A stretch of DNA of 64,000 bases from Neoechinorhynchus agilis (lineage: Eukaryota; Animalia; Acanthocephala): positions 3,631,761 through 3,695,760 of the forward strand of contig CM121341.1 of assembly GCA_051530055.1 (NCBI GenBank). Direction: 5' to 3'. The position numbers and the translations under genes were made by a program. The number at the start of each line of letters is the position of its first letter. Position 1 is the stretch's first letter. Shown here piece after piece: positions 48,101 to 59,484 of the stretch. The notes under the pieces were generated by a model. It saw only the letters and a program-made list of their open reading frames with translations, had not been told where the DNA came from and ran no database searches.

Positions 48101-51100
48101 GCCCAACGGTGCCTATTTTGTCTAGTGGTGGTTGGTGCCACTTATGAAAAACTAGTGAACGAATCTTGAGTATCAATATCGGGGAAATTGATTCTTCTTT
48201 TGATTAGAAAAACGCAATTTATACAAACATTTTAAGAATCTAACCGATTATGAACATTGAACGTTTCCAAATGGCGGCGTGGAGTGGCGCCCAACGGTGC
48301 CTATTTTGTCTAGTGGTGGTGGGTGCCATTTATGAAAAACTAGTGAACGAATCTTGAGTATCAATATCGGGGAAATTGATTCTTCTTTTGATTAGAAAAA
48401 CGCAATTTATACAAACATTTTGACCATCTAACCGATTATGAACATTGAACGTTTCCAAATGGCGGCGTGGAGTGGCGCCCAACGGTGCCTATTTTGTCTA
48501 GTGGTGGTGGTTGGTGCCATTTATGAAAAACTAGTGAACGAATCTTGAGTATCAATATCGGGAAATTACTTCTTTGATTAAAAACGCAATTTATACAAAC
48601 ATTGAATCTAACCGATTATGAACATTGAACGTTTCCAAATGGCGGCGGATGGCGCCCAACGGTGCCATTAGTGGTGGAGAAAAACGAACAATTGAGTACA
48701 ATATGGGAAATTGATTCTTCTTTTGATTAGAAAAACGCAATTTATACAAACATTTTGACCATCTAACCGATTATGAACATTGAACGTTTCCAAATGGCGG
48801 CGTGGAGTGGCGCCCAACGGTGCCAATTTTGTATAGTGGTGGTGGTTGGTGCCACTTATGAAAAACTAGTGAACGAATCTTGAGTATCAATATCGGGGAA
48901 ATTGATTCTTCTTTTGATTAGAAAAACGCAATTTATACAAACATTTTAAGAATCTAACCGATTATGAACATTGAACGTTTCCAAATGGCGGCGTGGAGTG
49001 GCGCCCAACGGTGCCTATTTTGTATAGTGGTGGTTGGTGCCACTTATGAAAAACTAGTGAACGAATCTTGAGTATCAATATCGGGGAAATTGATTCTTCT
49101 TTTGATTAGAAAACGCAATTTATAAAAACATTTTGAGTATTGGTTTGAAGCCAAGATTCGTATCACCCCACCCCCAAAAAATAATCTCTGACCTTCCAAC
49201 GAATATTGACGGATGGTAAAGGAAACGCACAAAAGACTGCTCTTAATACTGGAAGATTTCTGAACAAGATCAAGAAAAAGCATCTTCCTTTCGAATACCC
49301 GAGCAGAAATTCAAATGCTTCCCATTAAAATTGATTGGAAATAGTCTAAGGACAAGATTATAGCCGGTTCTTTCATGGATTTCGTACTGCCCAGTAAGGA
49401 ATTTGATAGATAAAATCAATAAAGAATTCCAATATAAAGTTCGTTGCGCAATAACAACTGAGTGCTCCGTTCTTTTTCGGGAGACTCGATCTCCGATTGA
49501 GCAACCGCAGCTTCTAATGGCACATTCACAAGAACCGAGAGACGAAACTGAGGAGTGTCTAGGACTGACTGCGCCAATATTCCGACATTAGGAGATAAGG
49601 AAGAGATTTTGTCTCATTTGGGTGCAATCTTAGTGAGGACGATTTGCTTGACGTGAAATAGAAGACGAAATAATCTTGTTCTTTCACTAAAATATGAGAA
49701 AATACGCCACCCAGTGATCGATTTAGACGAAATCAATCGAGAAAGCGCGCCTTATTTTCCAGTTGGGGTTGTTGTTCCGGTAACGACGGGGGAAAACATC
49801 TTAAGAAACCGATTTGGGCATTTTTCTCATTGAAGATCATCATTTTGTTTAATTTTTTTATATCTGTTTAATTGAACAAAAAGCAAAAAAAAAATGCTAA
49901 TAATTTTTGGGTATCGTTTATTCCAGCAACGACGGGGAACACATCCCAGTAAACTGATTTTTCCATTCAAGATCATCATTTTGTTTAATTGTAAAAAAAA
50001 GGCACAAAAAATTGCTAATAATTCCGGTAACGACGGGGGGGGGAACATCCCCGTAAACCGATTTGGGCATTTTTCCATTCAAGATCATCATTTTGCTCAA
50101 TTGTAAAAAAAAGGGCACAAAAAATTGTTAATAATTCCGGTAACGACGGGGGAAAACATCCCCGTAAACCGATTTGGGCATTTTTCCCATTCGAGATCGT
50201 CATTTTGTTTAATTGAACAAAAAGCACCCAAAATTGCTAATAATTTTTAGGTATCGTTTATTCCAGTAACGACGGGGGGAAACATCCCAGTAAACTGATT
50301 TGGGCATTTTTCCCATTCAAGATCATCATTTTGTTTAATTGTACAAAAAGCACCCAAAATTGCTAATAATTTTTTTAGGCATCGTTTATTCCAGTAACGA
50401 CGGGGGGGAAACATCCCAGTAAACCGATTTTCCCATTCAAGATCATCATTTTGTTTATATATACAAAAAGCACCCAAAATTGCTAATAATTTTTAGGTAT
50501 CGTTTATTCTAGTAACGACGGGGGAAACATCCCCGTAAACTGATTTTTCCATTCAAGATCATCATTTTGTTAGATTATAAGAAAAAGGCACAAAAAATTG
50601 CTAATAATTTTTTTAGGCATCGTTTATTCCAGTAACGACGGGGGAAACATCCCAGTAAACCGATTTTTCCATTCAAGATCATCATTTTGTTCAATTGTAA
50701 AAAAAGGCACAAAAAATTGCTAATAATTCCGGTAACGACGGGGGGGAAACATCCCCGTAAACTGATTTGGGCATTTTTCCATTCAAGATCATCATTTTGT
50801 TTAATTATACAAAAAGCACCCAAAATTGCTAATAATTTTTTTAGGCATCGTTTATTCCAGTAACGACGGGGGAAACATCCCAGTAAACTGATTTTTCCAT
50901 TCAAGATCATCATTTTGTTTAATTGTAAAAAAAGGCACAAAAAATTGCTAATAATTTTTTTAGGCATCGTTTATTCCAGTAACGACGGGGGGGAAACATC
51001 CCAGTAAACCGATTTTCCCATTCAAGATCATCATTTTGTTAGATTATAAGAAAAAGGCACAAAAATTGGCAATAATTGGGGTTGTGAGTATCGTTGATTC

Positions 51101-52062
51101 CGGCGTTCGTGGTGAAAAACATTAGTACACTGCAGCCCGCGATACGAGCGCCGATCCACAAATATACATGGTATTATCGTCACGCTAAAAATATTGAACA
51201 CCCGCCCGACTTTGGTTCATAAACCAAATATCGTGTGCAAGCAGCGTTCGAAGCACTTTGGTACACACACCCGAAAAGTGAATAGAATGGGTGGAAAGCT
51301 CAATCGATATGGTGGTATGTTTGTTAAAATACTTACAGGAAAGGTTTGGCTTCCGTGGATTTTATTGATAGCGAGTATGGCGCTTTCTCGGTTCGCGAAT
51401 TTGACAAAAGCGCAACCTAAACAGACGGGAAGGTATGAGAAAATTTTGAGACCTTTTTCATCTTTAGAAGCGTGCTTTCCCACGTTACAAAATAAGCGGA
51501 TACTGACTATACATTGAAGGAGAAGATATTTGAAAGACGAAGTTCACAACGCCAAATTTAGACGCCGTTCAATTGACAACGGTCACACGTCTTTTTTTCT
51601 AAACTTACCCGTCCATCTCCTGACCGAGTAACTAAAAAATCAACGATGTTGCGATTTGTGAGCGTGAGAGTAGCACGCGGATTGAGCAGTGCTTTAAGGA
51701 ACCAAATAAACTGACCTTTGCTTTCTCCTCCTGGACCCCTTAATACTGTACATTCCTCAATTTGTCCAAAAGGCGAAAATATCATTTTTACATCTTCTTC
51801 ACTCATTTGCTTGTTAAGCATACCAACGAACAGTTTTCGTTCTTCTGAAAGGAATTTTATACTGAATGAACACGTGGAATCACCGACCTCTTTGTTGTTG
51901 TTGTTGTTGGTTGTTTATTCGTTCTCCATTTGAGTTTAGGTTGTTCTGATAGGATGATGATGATTGTGGTGATTCGATCACCGGTGGTGGTTGTGTTGCT
52001 CCCGGATTCAGCATTGTTGGAAACGTGGTGAATTGCGGTTGGTAAATGGGTGGAGCGATCAT
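45156..52062 (-). CDS. CELF/Bruno-like RNA-binding protein (CELF3-6 type), RRM2 + linker + RRM3
   Basis: Exons 52062-51888, 51844-51716 ([18 protein letters not shown]...[16 protein letters not shown]), 51416-51337 (CAFVKF...IHGSQTFP), 46393-45991 ([24 protein letters not shown]), then [18 protein letters not shown]...[14 protein letters not shown] / [36 protein letters not shown]. Confidence 0.96.
46555..49135. repeat. Satellite D: ~14 copies of a ~186-bp unit inside the large CELF intron
   Basis: ATGAACATTGAACGTTTCCAAATGGCGGCGTGG...GGCGCCCAACGGTGCC recurs every 183-188 bp. Confidence 0.98.
49780..51078. repeat. Satellite E: ~11 variable 105-135 bp units inside the same CELF intron
   Basis: GTAACGACGGGGG(G)AAACATCCC(C/A)GTAAAC...CCATTCAAGATCATCATTTTGT recurs, with optional GGGCA and TAGG(C/T)ATCGTTTATT blocks. 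Confidence 0.95.
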
Positions 52063-52782
52063 TGCACACAAACACACCAAACTTTATAAAGGCTGGTGAA
52101 ATGGAACTGAAAAAGACAGAGTTTGGTAAGCAAAAAAAGAAGCATCGATCTCTTCTACTAAAACCGCCCTCGTTGTTCGTTAAAGCAACGTCGACTGGAA
52201 TTTAATGCGGCGACTGATGCCAGTGCTCTTCCCCCCCCCCATCTATATATGTGTGTAAAATAAGAGACAGGGTTGAGTCAGGCCAACTTTATTATACAAA
52301 TGAAGTTGCCGAGCAACTAGTGGTGGTGGTGGTGGCAGTAGGAAAGGCATAATCGATGTGGAAGTTGTGCGTGTAGACGACGGCAACAGCAGTAACTACA
52401 AAATCGGATTAATAATTCAAGAGTAGTGCGGGTTGGGAGCAAAACACACGATTCCCTCTCTCTCTTAGCATTCTACTCGAGTGCAAATGGATTCGATCCA
52501 CAAAAAAAACGGTCGTTGTTGACAAACAATGGACATGCTTTTAGAAAAAGTAATCCTTGATTCTACGCGTGAGTTGTGTCAATCTTCAAACACATGGCAC
52601 AACGTTCAAACGTCAAACAAGTTTTGAAGAATCGTTTGGAAGCTCTAGAGAAATCAATGGAATGTCCTGTATATTCGTCATTCCATTAATGAGATATCCT
52701 AGATGGCGATGTAGTATTCGCGCCTCGGTATACCACAGTACCGACGGAAATTCCGGGTCGCATCAAAATTGAGCAATGCCAT

Positions 52783-53240
52783 TCGTAGTGATCTTTATTG
52801 GAAAATTCCGAACTGAGGAACATCTTCGAGATTATTTACTTGAAGTGAATAATTTTTAAGGAACCAATGGAAATTTCCTCACATTTTATTCGTGAGTCTT
52901 CCACAATTTAACAATCAAGAGAAAATCCTTCGGGATCATAGAGTTGGAGATGTGGAGATGATCATAATGCTCCTACGGATAAAAATTTTTTATTCAGATA
53001 TTTCAAAAGAGGAAGCCTCATGTCAATGATTGTTTCTAAGATGATCTTCGAGGTTATTTACTTGAAATGAATAAATTTGAAGGAGCCAATGGGAATTTCC
53101 TCGCATTTTATTCCCTTTTATAAGCTGCGGTTTTTCTCTCTACCGCGAGTGTTCCACGATTTAACAAACAAGAGAAAATCCTTCGGGATGATAGAGTTTT
53201 CTTAATGTTGCGATGATCGATATTTTATTGAAAATTTCGA
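52783..53240 (+). repeat. Diverged direct duplication (~240-bp period) with coding-like divergence
   Basis: ATCTTCGAGATTATTTACTTGAAGTGAATAA...CAAGAGAAAATCCTTCGGGAT occurs twice, translating as LRDYLLEVNNF*GTNGNFLTFY and LRGYLLEMNKFEGANGNFLAFY. Confidence 0.7.
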
Positions 53241-53559
53241 AAATAAAATATTTTCTATCAGGGATTATGATAACCAGAAATCCAACTTTGTCATCACAAA
53301 GGATTGTCTCTCGATGAAGAAAATGCAAATTTGTTCAAACTCTTGGACTTTGATGTTATAAAATTACTTCATTATAGTTTTTCTCATTCAAAAAGAGATC
53401 GGGGCTGCTTTATAGTGAGATTTGTAGCTTTACAATTACTCGTCGGATTTCGTATGTGAATATCAGAGGAATAGAAGTTAACAGATTCGCTATTTAGTAT
53501 TTTTAGTGTGCATAAACTAATTATTAAATGTACAATTTCGTAATTTGATTCGTAAACCG

Positions 53560-53850
53560 GTATCGGACACCGCTGAATTTTTTACGGTTCATCAATTTCG
53601 CAATTAGAGATCGAATATCATAGGTAGACGGAATTCTAGGAGGAAAAATCAACCTTCCCCTGTCAATACTAGGCATTTTAATTTTTTTTAAGTTCTAAAA
53701 CTAATTATCACATATATGTATATTGTTTAGTCATTTAAATTTCCAAACCATTATCGGATACGACTCGATTTGTACGCTTCATCAACTTCGCAATTAAAGA
53801 TCGAATATCATAGGTCGACCCAATTCCGAGAGGAAAACTAAAACTGGATT
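53560..53850. repeat. Diverged two-copy repeat (~190-bp period)
   Basis: TTCATCAA(T/C)TTCGCAATTA(G/A)AGATCGAATATCATAGGT occurs near 53588 and 53778, with similar flanks. Confidence 0.75.
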
Positions 53851-54199
53851 TTATTTGGGACTGCTATATACGGCGTGGTGCTTCATCAGTCGTTTTTAAC
53901 CTGTATAAAAGTTTCCGTTAAATCGCATTTTTAATTACTCTCAATAAAAATAAAACTGTGAAAGTTGAAAAGGTTACACTCACTTTCCTCATATTAACTC
54001 ATTAAAAGAACAACACTTTTCAGCTTAGTTTTTAAAATAAACCCGAAAATAGGTTTCAATCGAGTAAGTATGACCGGATTCATTTGAAGGAAAAATCTTC
54101 TTATTTAAGCGTAGTTCTTGACACGAACACATCTCATTCATAGCGCACGTTCCGTGATCATTTTTATTAAGTATTCGCATTTGATCACTCTGATATAAT

Positions 54200-54720
54200 C
54201 CTCTAATCCCACGTCGCTCATTTTCCAACGCCCTCGGCTCGTCTTGCGAATCGTGGATCATTGATCACTTTGAATCGTATCGGATCTTTAAATGTCCACA
54301 GTTGGGTCTTGAGCGGAAGTGGATCAATAACAAATGTTCAAGTAAATCGGTACGAAATTTCAGCCAATTTTTTTGTGCACTTTCTTTAGAATGATGCCGA
54401 CTACGCTTACTCACTTTTGCGATCAATTGATTCGCTTCAAGAGTTCGGTAGCCGTGATGTCTTCAGATGCCAAAAAGTTGTGTTGTGCTGGATTCACGGA
54501 CAATTCAATTAGGATTTATAATACTATCAACGGTCGACTAATGGAATCCGTCAAGGGTCATACAGGTTTGTTTGGAATAAGTGGGTTTTTTTACTGCTCC
54601 ATTGTTGATTTTACAGATTTCTATAGAAATCACGTAATTTTTGTTTCTATTGTAGCGGAGTGTGGTCTTGACGCCAATGAGATAATTTTGTGGGCGTCGT
54701 GGTTCCCGGTTAAAATTTGT
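54200..54720 (+). pseudogene. Neurobeachin/LRBA-like (BEACH family) WD40 fragment
   Basis: HVAHF...SLITLNRIGSLNVHSW / LTHFCDQLIRFKSSVAVMSSDAKKLCCAGFTDNSIRIYNTINGRLMESVKGHT...LDANEIILW aligns by eye to the NBEA post-BEACH region (VVTVTCSRLFAVNRW...ITDLVDQSIQINAHCFVVTADNRYILICGFWDKSFRVYSTETGKLTQIVFGHWD). No BEACH domain is seen upstream and the frame is broken at the 5' side. Confidence 0.5.
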
Positions 54721-54789
54721 TGCTTAGCAAACGTAGAAAATTCATTCCGTAGTGCAACTGAAAAGAAAGGGGAAAATTGTTTAATAATT

Positions 54790-55120
54790 TGAAAATAGTT
54801 GGCTGCCCTGGAGTTCCTTCGTTGTTTCGACTTACCATTTTCTAACCTTGGCTAAAAATTCTGCAGTGCTCGGTCCAACGACACCAATGTTCTCAATGGC
54901 AAGAGAGGTTATAAAAGGAGTAGAGCGAGACGAATCGAGGCATTTGTACTTCTTTTTTTCAGTGCTCTTTTTGCCACTTTACCGACTCTTGGAACTGAAA
55001 GGGACAATTTCCTTTTAGCATTTCTATTAGGGCAGATGAAGCCTCAAGGAGACGGCCTCTTTCCCACCATGGGCAGTCCGGTTTTTTCCCTTTATCTTTG
55101 CTTGAACCAATTGAATAGAT
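54790..55120 (-). mobile_element. CRE-clade non-LTR retrotransposon, 3' (RLE) fragment B
   Basis: GKKPD..PWWERGR / KVAKRALKKKKYKCL...LAIENIGVVGPSTAEFLAKV, the RPDG...PW...KY...P.A.E..G..G pattern of the restriction-like endonuclease. Confidence 0.65.
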
Positions 55121-55169
55121 GCGAGATATTTTTTTAAGAAGTGGAAACTTTAATACTAAATGTCATGAA

Positions 55170-58070
55170 ATCATTCACACCACCGCTCTGGATCGCTCAG
55201 CTGCCGTCCTGGTTCAAAGGACGGATGCAGCGTTTCCCCGTTGGATATGTTTTGTAGGAGGAATGCTCCCGATCTCGGATCGCCGGTGATTCGTCTCAAT
55301 TTCTTGGACAATTGCTTGACCGGGTCCTTCTCCGCGGTACCAAACGACCCGAGCGTCTCGACGCCAAAGGGAACGAAATAATGATTTCGACTCAGGTCCC
55401 TGTATTTTGTCCTTTTGAGTTCCTCAGCGGCGGTTCCTCCTCCGTTTTAAGAGTGGCGAATTTTATGTTGCTGGAATGCGTTCCGATGGCTCCACGGTCG
55501 CTCCGCAACGGCAGCAATGGAATGGGCACATCGGTACCCCGAGTCGAAGGGTACCCACAGAAGCGATTGGGATAGCTATGAGCCAAGCACCGGATTACCT
55601 TGTAGAGACTGCCGCCAATCGAGTTCGGTTCACCAGGTCACGAGAATCTGAAATTAAAGAGTTGTGAATTCTCGTTACCAGGGGTGAGTTCTAAACGGAT
55701 TGTTTGCAACCATTGACGGGGACCTGCTCGCTAAATAAATTTCCACACCAAAGATAAAGCGCCTCCACGAAATCTAAATCCAAAGTGTAATTCTCACCAA
55801 GAACGAATTTAGCTATTTTGCGGCTTTCTTCATACGATCCCAAATAAGCTGACAGAGAAATATCGGCTGCTTTTCAGATACCCAAACCGCCGGACGACAC
55901 AGGCAAGGACGCTTGACGTCAGGCCTCGTCCGACAGCTGAGTATTTAAAATTTTCTCGAGGGAGGCTTTCAAGTCTCGTCTAATTTTGTCAGCTTATCCT
56001 TATGTCTAAAAAGGCGCTGTGCGCAGCTTATACAGCAATTTTAGAATAAAGAAGACGTTCTTGATAAGAAACAGAGCCTCGTGTAAAGATGATTCATCAA
56101 CTCGTTAGCACAGCACCGAAAGTTGCGGTTGAAGATTGGCAATCTCTGATTGAGCATTACAACCAAAAATGGTCTAGAGTGATCGATTCTATCACACGGC
56201 CAGGTTCTGAAAATCTTTCACGATAGTTTGCCTGGGGCCTCATCTTCCACGTTTATCACTCAAATCTCGCATTTCGCAGCATTCAATTTAATGAAAAATT
56301 TTAGCCGTCTCCATTACGAGTGTCTCCCAATCACGCAGTACAACAGAGGGGTTACCTCCAAGCGTGGCATCGTCCAGGTAGCAGCCGTTAAAGCTGGACT
56401 GGAGAGAGTGCGCGACGGGATTGACTGCGAGTATCCCTATGTTGAACTCATCTTTTTGACCACAAAACGCGGTTATTGAACAACAAGGGAGTTGGCGTCC
56501 CAAATGCTTCTGGTGCGTGATCTCTAACTACTTCGTGCCAATCTGCTCGGTGAACTGTGTTGAAAGCGTTTAAAAAAATTACATTTCAAGATCACGCATA
56601 GCTTTGAGTTTTCGGTGCTGAACGTGTGGAGTGAATGAACTATCGCTCCTGGTCCACAAGGTGAACAGCAGCTCAACTCAGTCGAACGAAGTCTCGTTCC
56701 TACTTTTTCCACGATCCTTTTATTTACAATTTTTGCTGTTGAGCAGCGCAGAGTTGTTCCAATTGCAATGGGACGAACCCCACCTTCCTTTTTAGCGAGG
56801 GCACACAAAGATGCGCCGAAAAATAACTCGATTGCTTTAGGAATCAACCTTCCGTCTGCAAATTAGTCGATTAAGCGTGTCAATGCATCTTCAACGGACT
56901 GAGGAGGTCATATCTTTTAGGTGTTTGGGCTGCAGCCCGCCTAGCTCGTGAGCTGATCCGTTTGCAAAAGAGGATATTGCCATCTTCAATTCTGATTTCG
57001 ATAGGAGGAGCATTTAACGAAATACTGCTGACCGCCGTCACTCGGATGTTTGGAACGAAGAGTTCGCAAAGTTTCTTCGTTATCTTTAGCGAGACTGTCC
57101 ATTGATGATAAAAGAAGAACTCTGACATCTCCGTCAGCGGGCTTCGAAGAAACGCGTCCAGCGAGCAACCGATTTGAGTTTCGGTGGTGGTCACGCTCCT
57201 TGACACACTCCTTACGTAGCTCTCATACTGTCGAAAGGCATTAAGATTTTACTCAAAGGAAATTATTCGCTCTTTTATTTTTGTGGTCAGAGATCCCTCA
57301 AAAACATCACCAGCGGAAAACACTAGTCTAGGATTCGAAAAAAAGACGCATCCACGACAACTCTGAGTGAGTCTCGATCCAGTCTGTCAATGGAGAGGTG
57401 AATGAATCTCTTTGCGGCCTAATATCGCGCGCCCATTGATATTCTTTTCAGAACATTCCCAGGCAGAACTCCCATATTTGCCCAAACTTTACGTTTTAGA
57501 GTATTCACCATGCCGTGGCGATTGTGACTGGCTATCGCTTTGGGGCATTTGAGTCCGTGAGACAGTTCGCACCTTGCAGGATTGAGAAAGCCACGTCGAA
57601 GTCTAGTGCCGAAGCGAGACCGAAGGAACAGTCATCCAATTTAGTACCTGAAGCGTTAAGTAAAACCACTGGACCATTTGGTTGCGGCCTCGTTCTTTGG
57701 CGTCTACACAGAAACCAAAAAGGTTTCGGAACTCCTTCTCAAACCAAGGGTCTGACCAACGTGTTTTTTTTGTATTATTGATGAATTCGTCTGGACAGGT
57801 AGTTCGAGTTTTTGATGCAGTATTCAATTTAGATTCGGTGATATTAGTGGTTAATTCCAAAAACGGTCGGATAAGAATGCAGATAAAATTAGAGCGGTCA
57901 ATCGGCTTGTTTGACGGGACAGGGATCTACCAAAGTTTAGGAATGCTATTTCTGTCACTTAAAGAACACCAAAACATCCCAAGTGAACTGGGAAGCGCGA
58001 GTCGATAATTAATTCCGTGCAGCCAACACTTTTATTAAAATTATCAGCCGTGCGATTCAAAAAGGAAATG
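55170..58070 (-). mobile_element. CRE-clade non-LTR retrotransposon, near full-length decayed copy A
   Basis: In order: a degenerate Cys/His segment, LKRISMGAR, RVSSKPADGDVRVLLLSSMDSLAKDNEETLRTLRSKHP, the RT (LFFGASLCALAKKEGGVRPIAIGTTLR...CYLDDATLGG) and the RLE (KYRDLSRNHYFVPFGVETLGSFG...ITGDPRSGAFLLQ..QRGNAASVL). Many stops and frameshifts; the 5' limit is approximate. Confidence 0.85.
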
Positions 58071-58629
58071 CTGGATGCATCCTCAAGGAAACGGTGTATA
58101 AAGATGTTTCGCCGTCACTATTACCATAAATAATGATTTTCTCGAAAAAATCACGATTTAAATTTGAACGGCTCTTAATAATTCAGGCACGAATTGAGAA
58201 TCTACTTGACATCCAGACATTTTGAAATTAAGTGCTTCTTAAACAGAATTCTTAAGACAGTTATTTAATAAGCCCTTTAAATTCCGGCTTTTCTGATATC
58301 ATTGAGACGACTGACCAGTTTAATTTAGCCTTTAGGTGACTTAAGTAACATAACTGAATCCGATCAATTTTGTCCATTAGGAATCCAGCCGACTTGGAGC
58401 TCATATTTCGAACGTAAATCGCTGCTCTAGAAACAAAATTAAATTAAAATGAATCAAAATAATAAAATACGAACTGTAAAGATTTAAAACAAAGTACCTA
58501 AAAAACGATCCAGAGCGGTGACGTGAATGTTCTTATGGTTTAAAATAAAATTCTATTTGGTAAAAAAACTTTACAAATACTCTTAAAACAAAAGTAGAAT
58601 TCACATGAAATTCAGATAATTTTCAACTC

Positions 58630-59400
58630 CATTGAATCGGTTAAATGTATTCACGTTGCAGCTTCTCAACTCATGCTCATCTCCCACCGATAGAGCTCGT
58701 CTCCTCGCAGTCTCAGCTCCACACTCCAGCGACTTCTTGAAGGCCGTCCCGATCCATCACCGTCGCTGTGGGACTTCGGTTGGGCATCGATTTCTCCGGT
58801 TCATATACATGTCGGTGCGGTGAGACAGTGAACGGATCGGGAACTCACGGCCTTGACTGCAAGTGTTCAACTGCTCGCCACGCACGGCACTCAGCAGTCA
58901 ACCGCATAATCGAGGAAGCCCTCTCAACGACCGCTTCTCCCGCTTGACCGGAACGACGGTAAACGCCCGGATGGAGCCTTCCCATGGTGCTCCGGGAAAA
59001 TACTGGTTTTGGATTTTACGTGCCCGTCAGATTCAGCGAGGAAAGGGAGCGCCATAAGTATTCCTCCCTCGATGGGCATCAATATATATTCATCATCCGG
59101 TTGCGGTGGAAACACTGGGATACCTCGGAAAAGAAGCCGATTATTTCCTTTCCCGGCTGGGAAAGATGCTAAAACATGCCACCGGCGATATGCGATCCAG
59201 CAGCTTCCTGCTGCAGCGAATCAGCGCTTCGATCCAACGAGGCAATGCCGCGGACGTCAAGGAAGCTGCCGAACAAACATGACGAAAGGAGGAGGATTCG
59301 ATACGTGTCAGAATCTTCACAAAATTCTTATGTGCTGATATCGACGACATTCGGACAACATTCTTTCCCTTGGTTATGCGCCAATTAAAATTGTCTTTAA
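58630..59400 (+). mobile_element. CRE-clade non-LTR retrotransposon, 5'-truncated decayed copy C
   Basis: DRARLLAVSAPHSSDFLKAVP, a CxC...HGLDC...RH zinc knuckle, DFTCP, KYSSL...VAVETLG...FLSRLGKMLKHATGDMRSSSFLLQRISASIQRGNAA, followed by an AT-rich tail with AATAAA near 59423. Confidence 0.85.
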
Positions 59401-59484
59401 TATTAAATATTCAAAAAATTCAATAAACATTTCAGAGTTACGTCTTCGGTATCTCTCAAAGCTTAAGCTGGACTTCCTTTCTTA

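Noticed and set aside
48580-48720. One satellite D unit riddled with clustered 1-15 nt deletions
   Set aside because: The pattern resembles a low-quality long-read consensus patch rather than biology. Kept as a warning that other lesions in the window may be artefacts.
49136-49779. Coding-like spacer between satellites D and E (KDKIIAGSF, faintly like an APE endonuclease IIAGDF)
   Set aside because: A single weak motif in a stop-ridden frame is not enough to call a retroelement.
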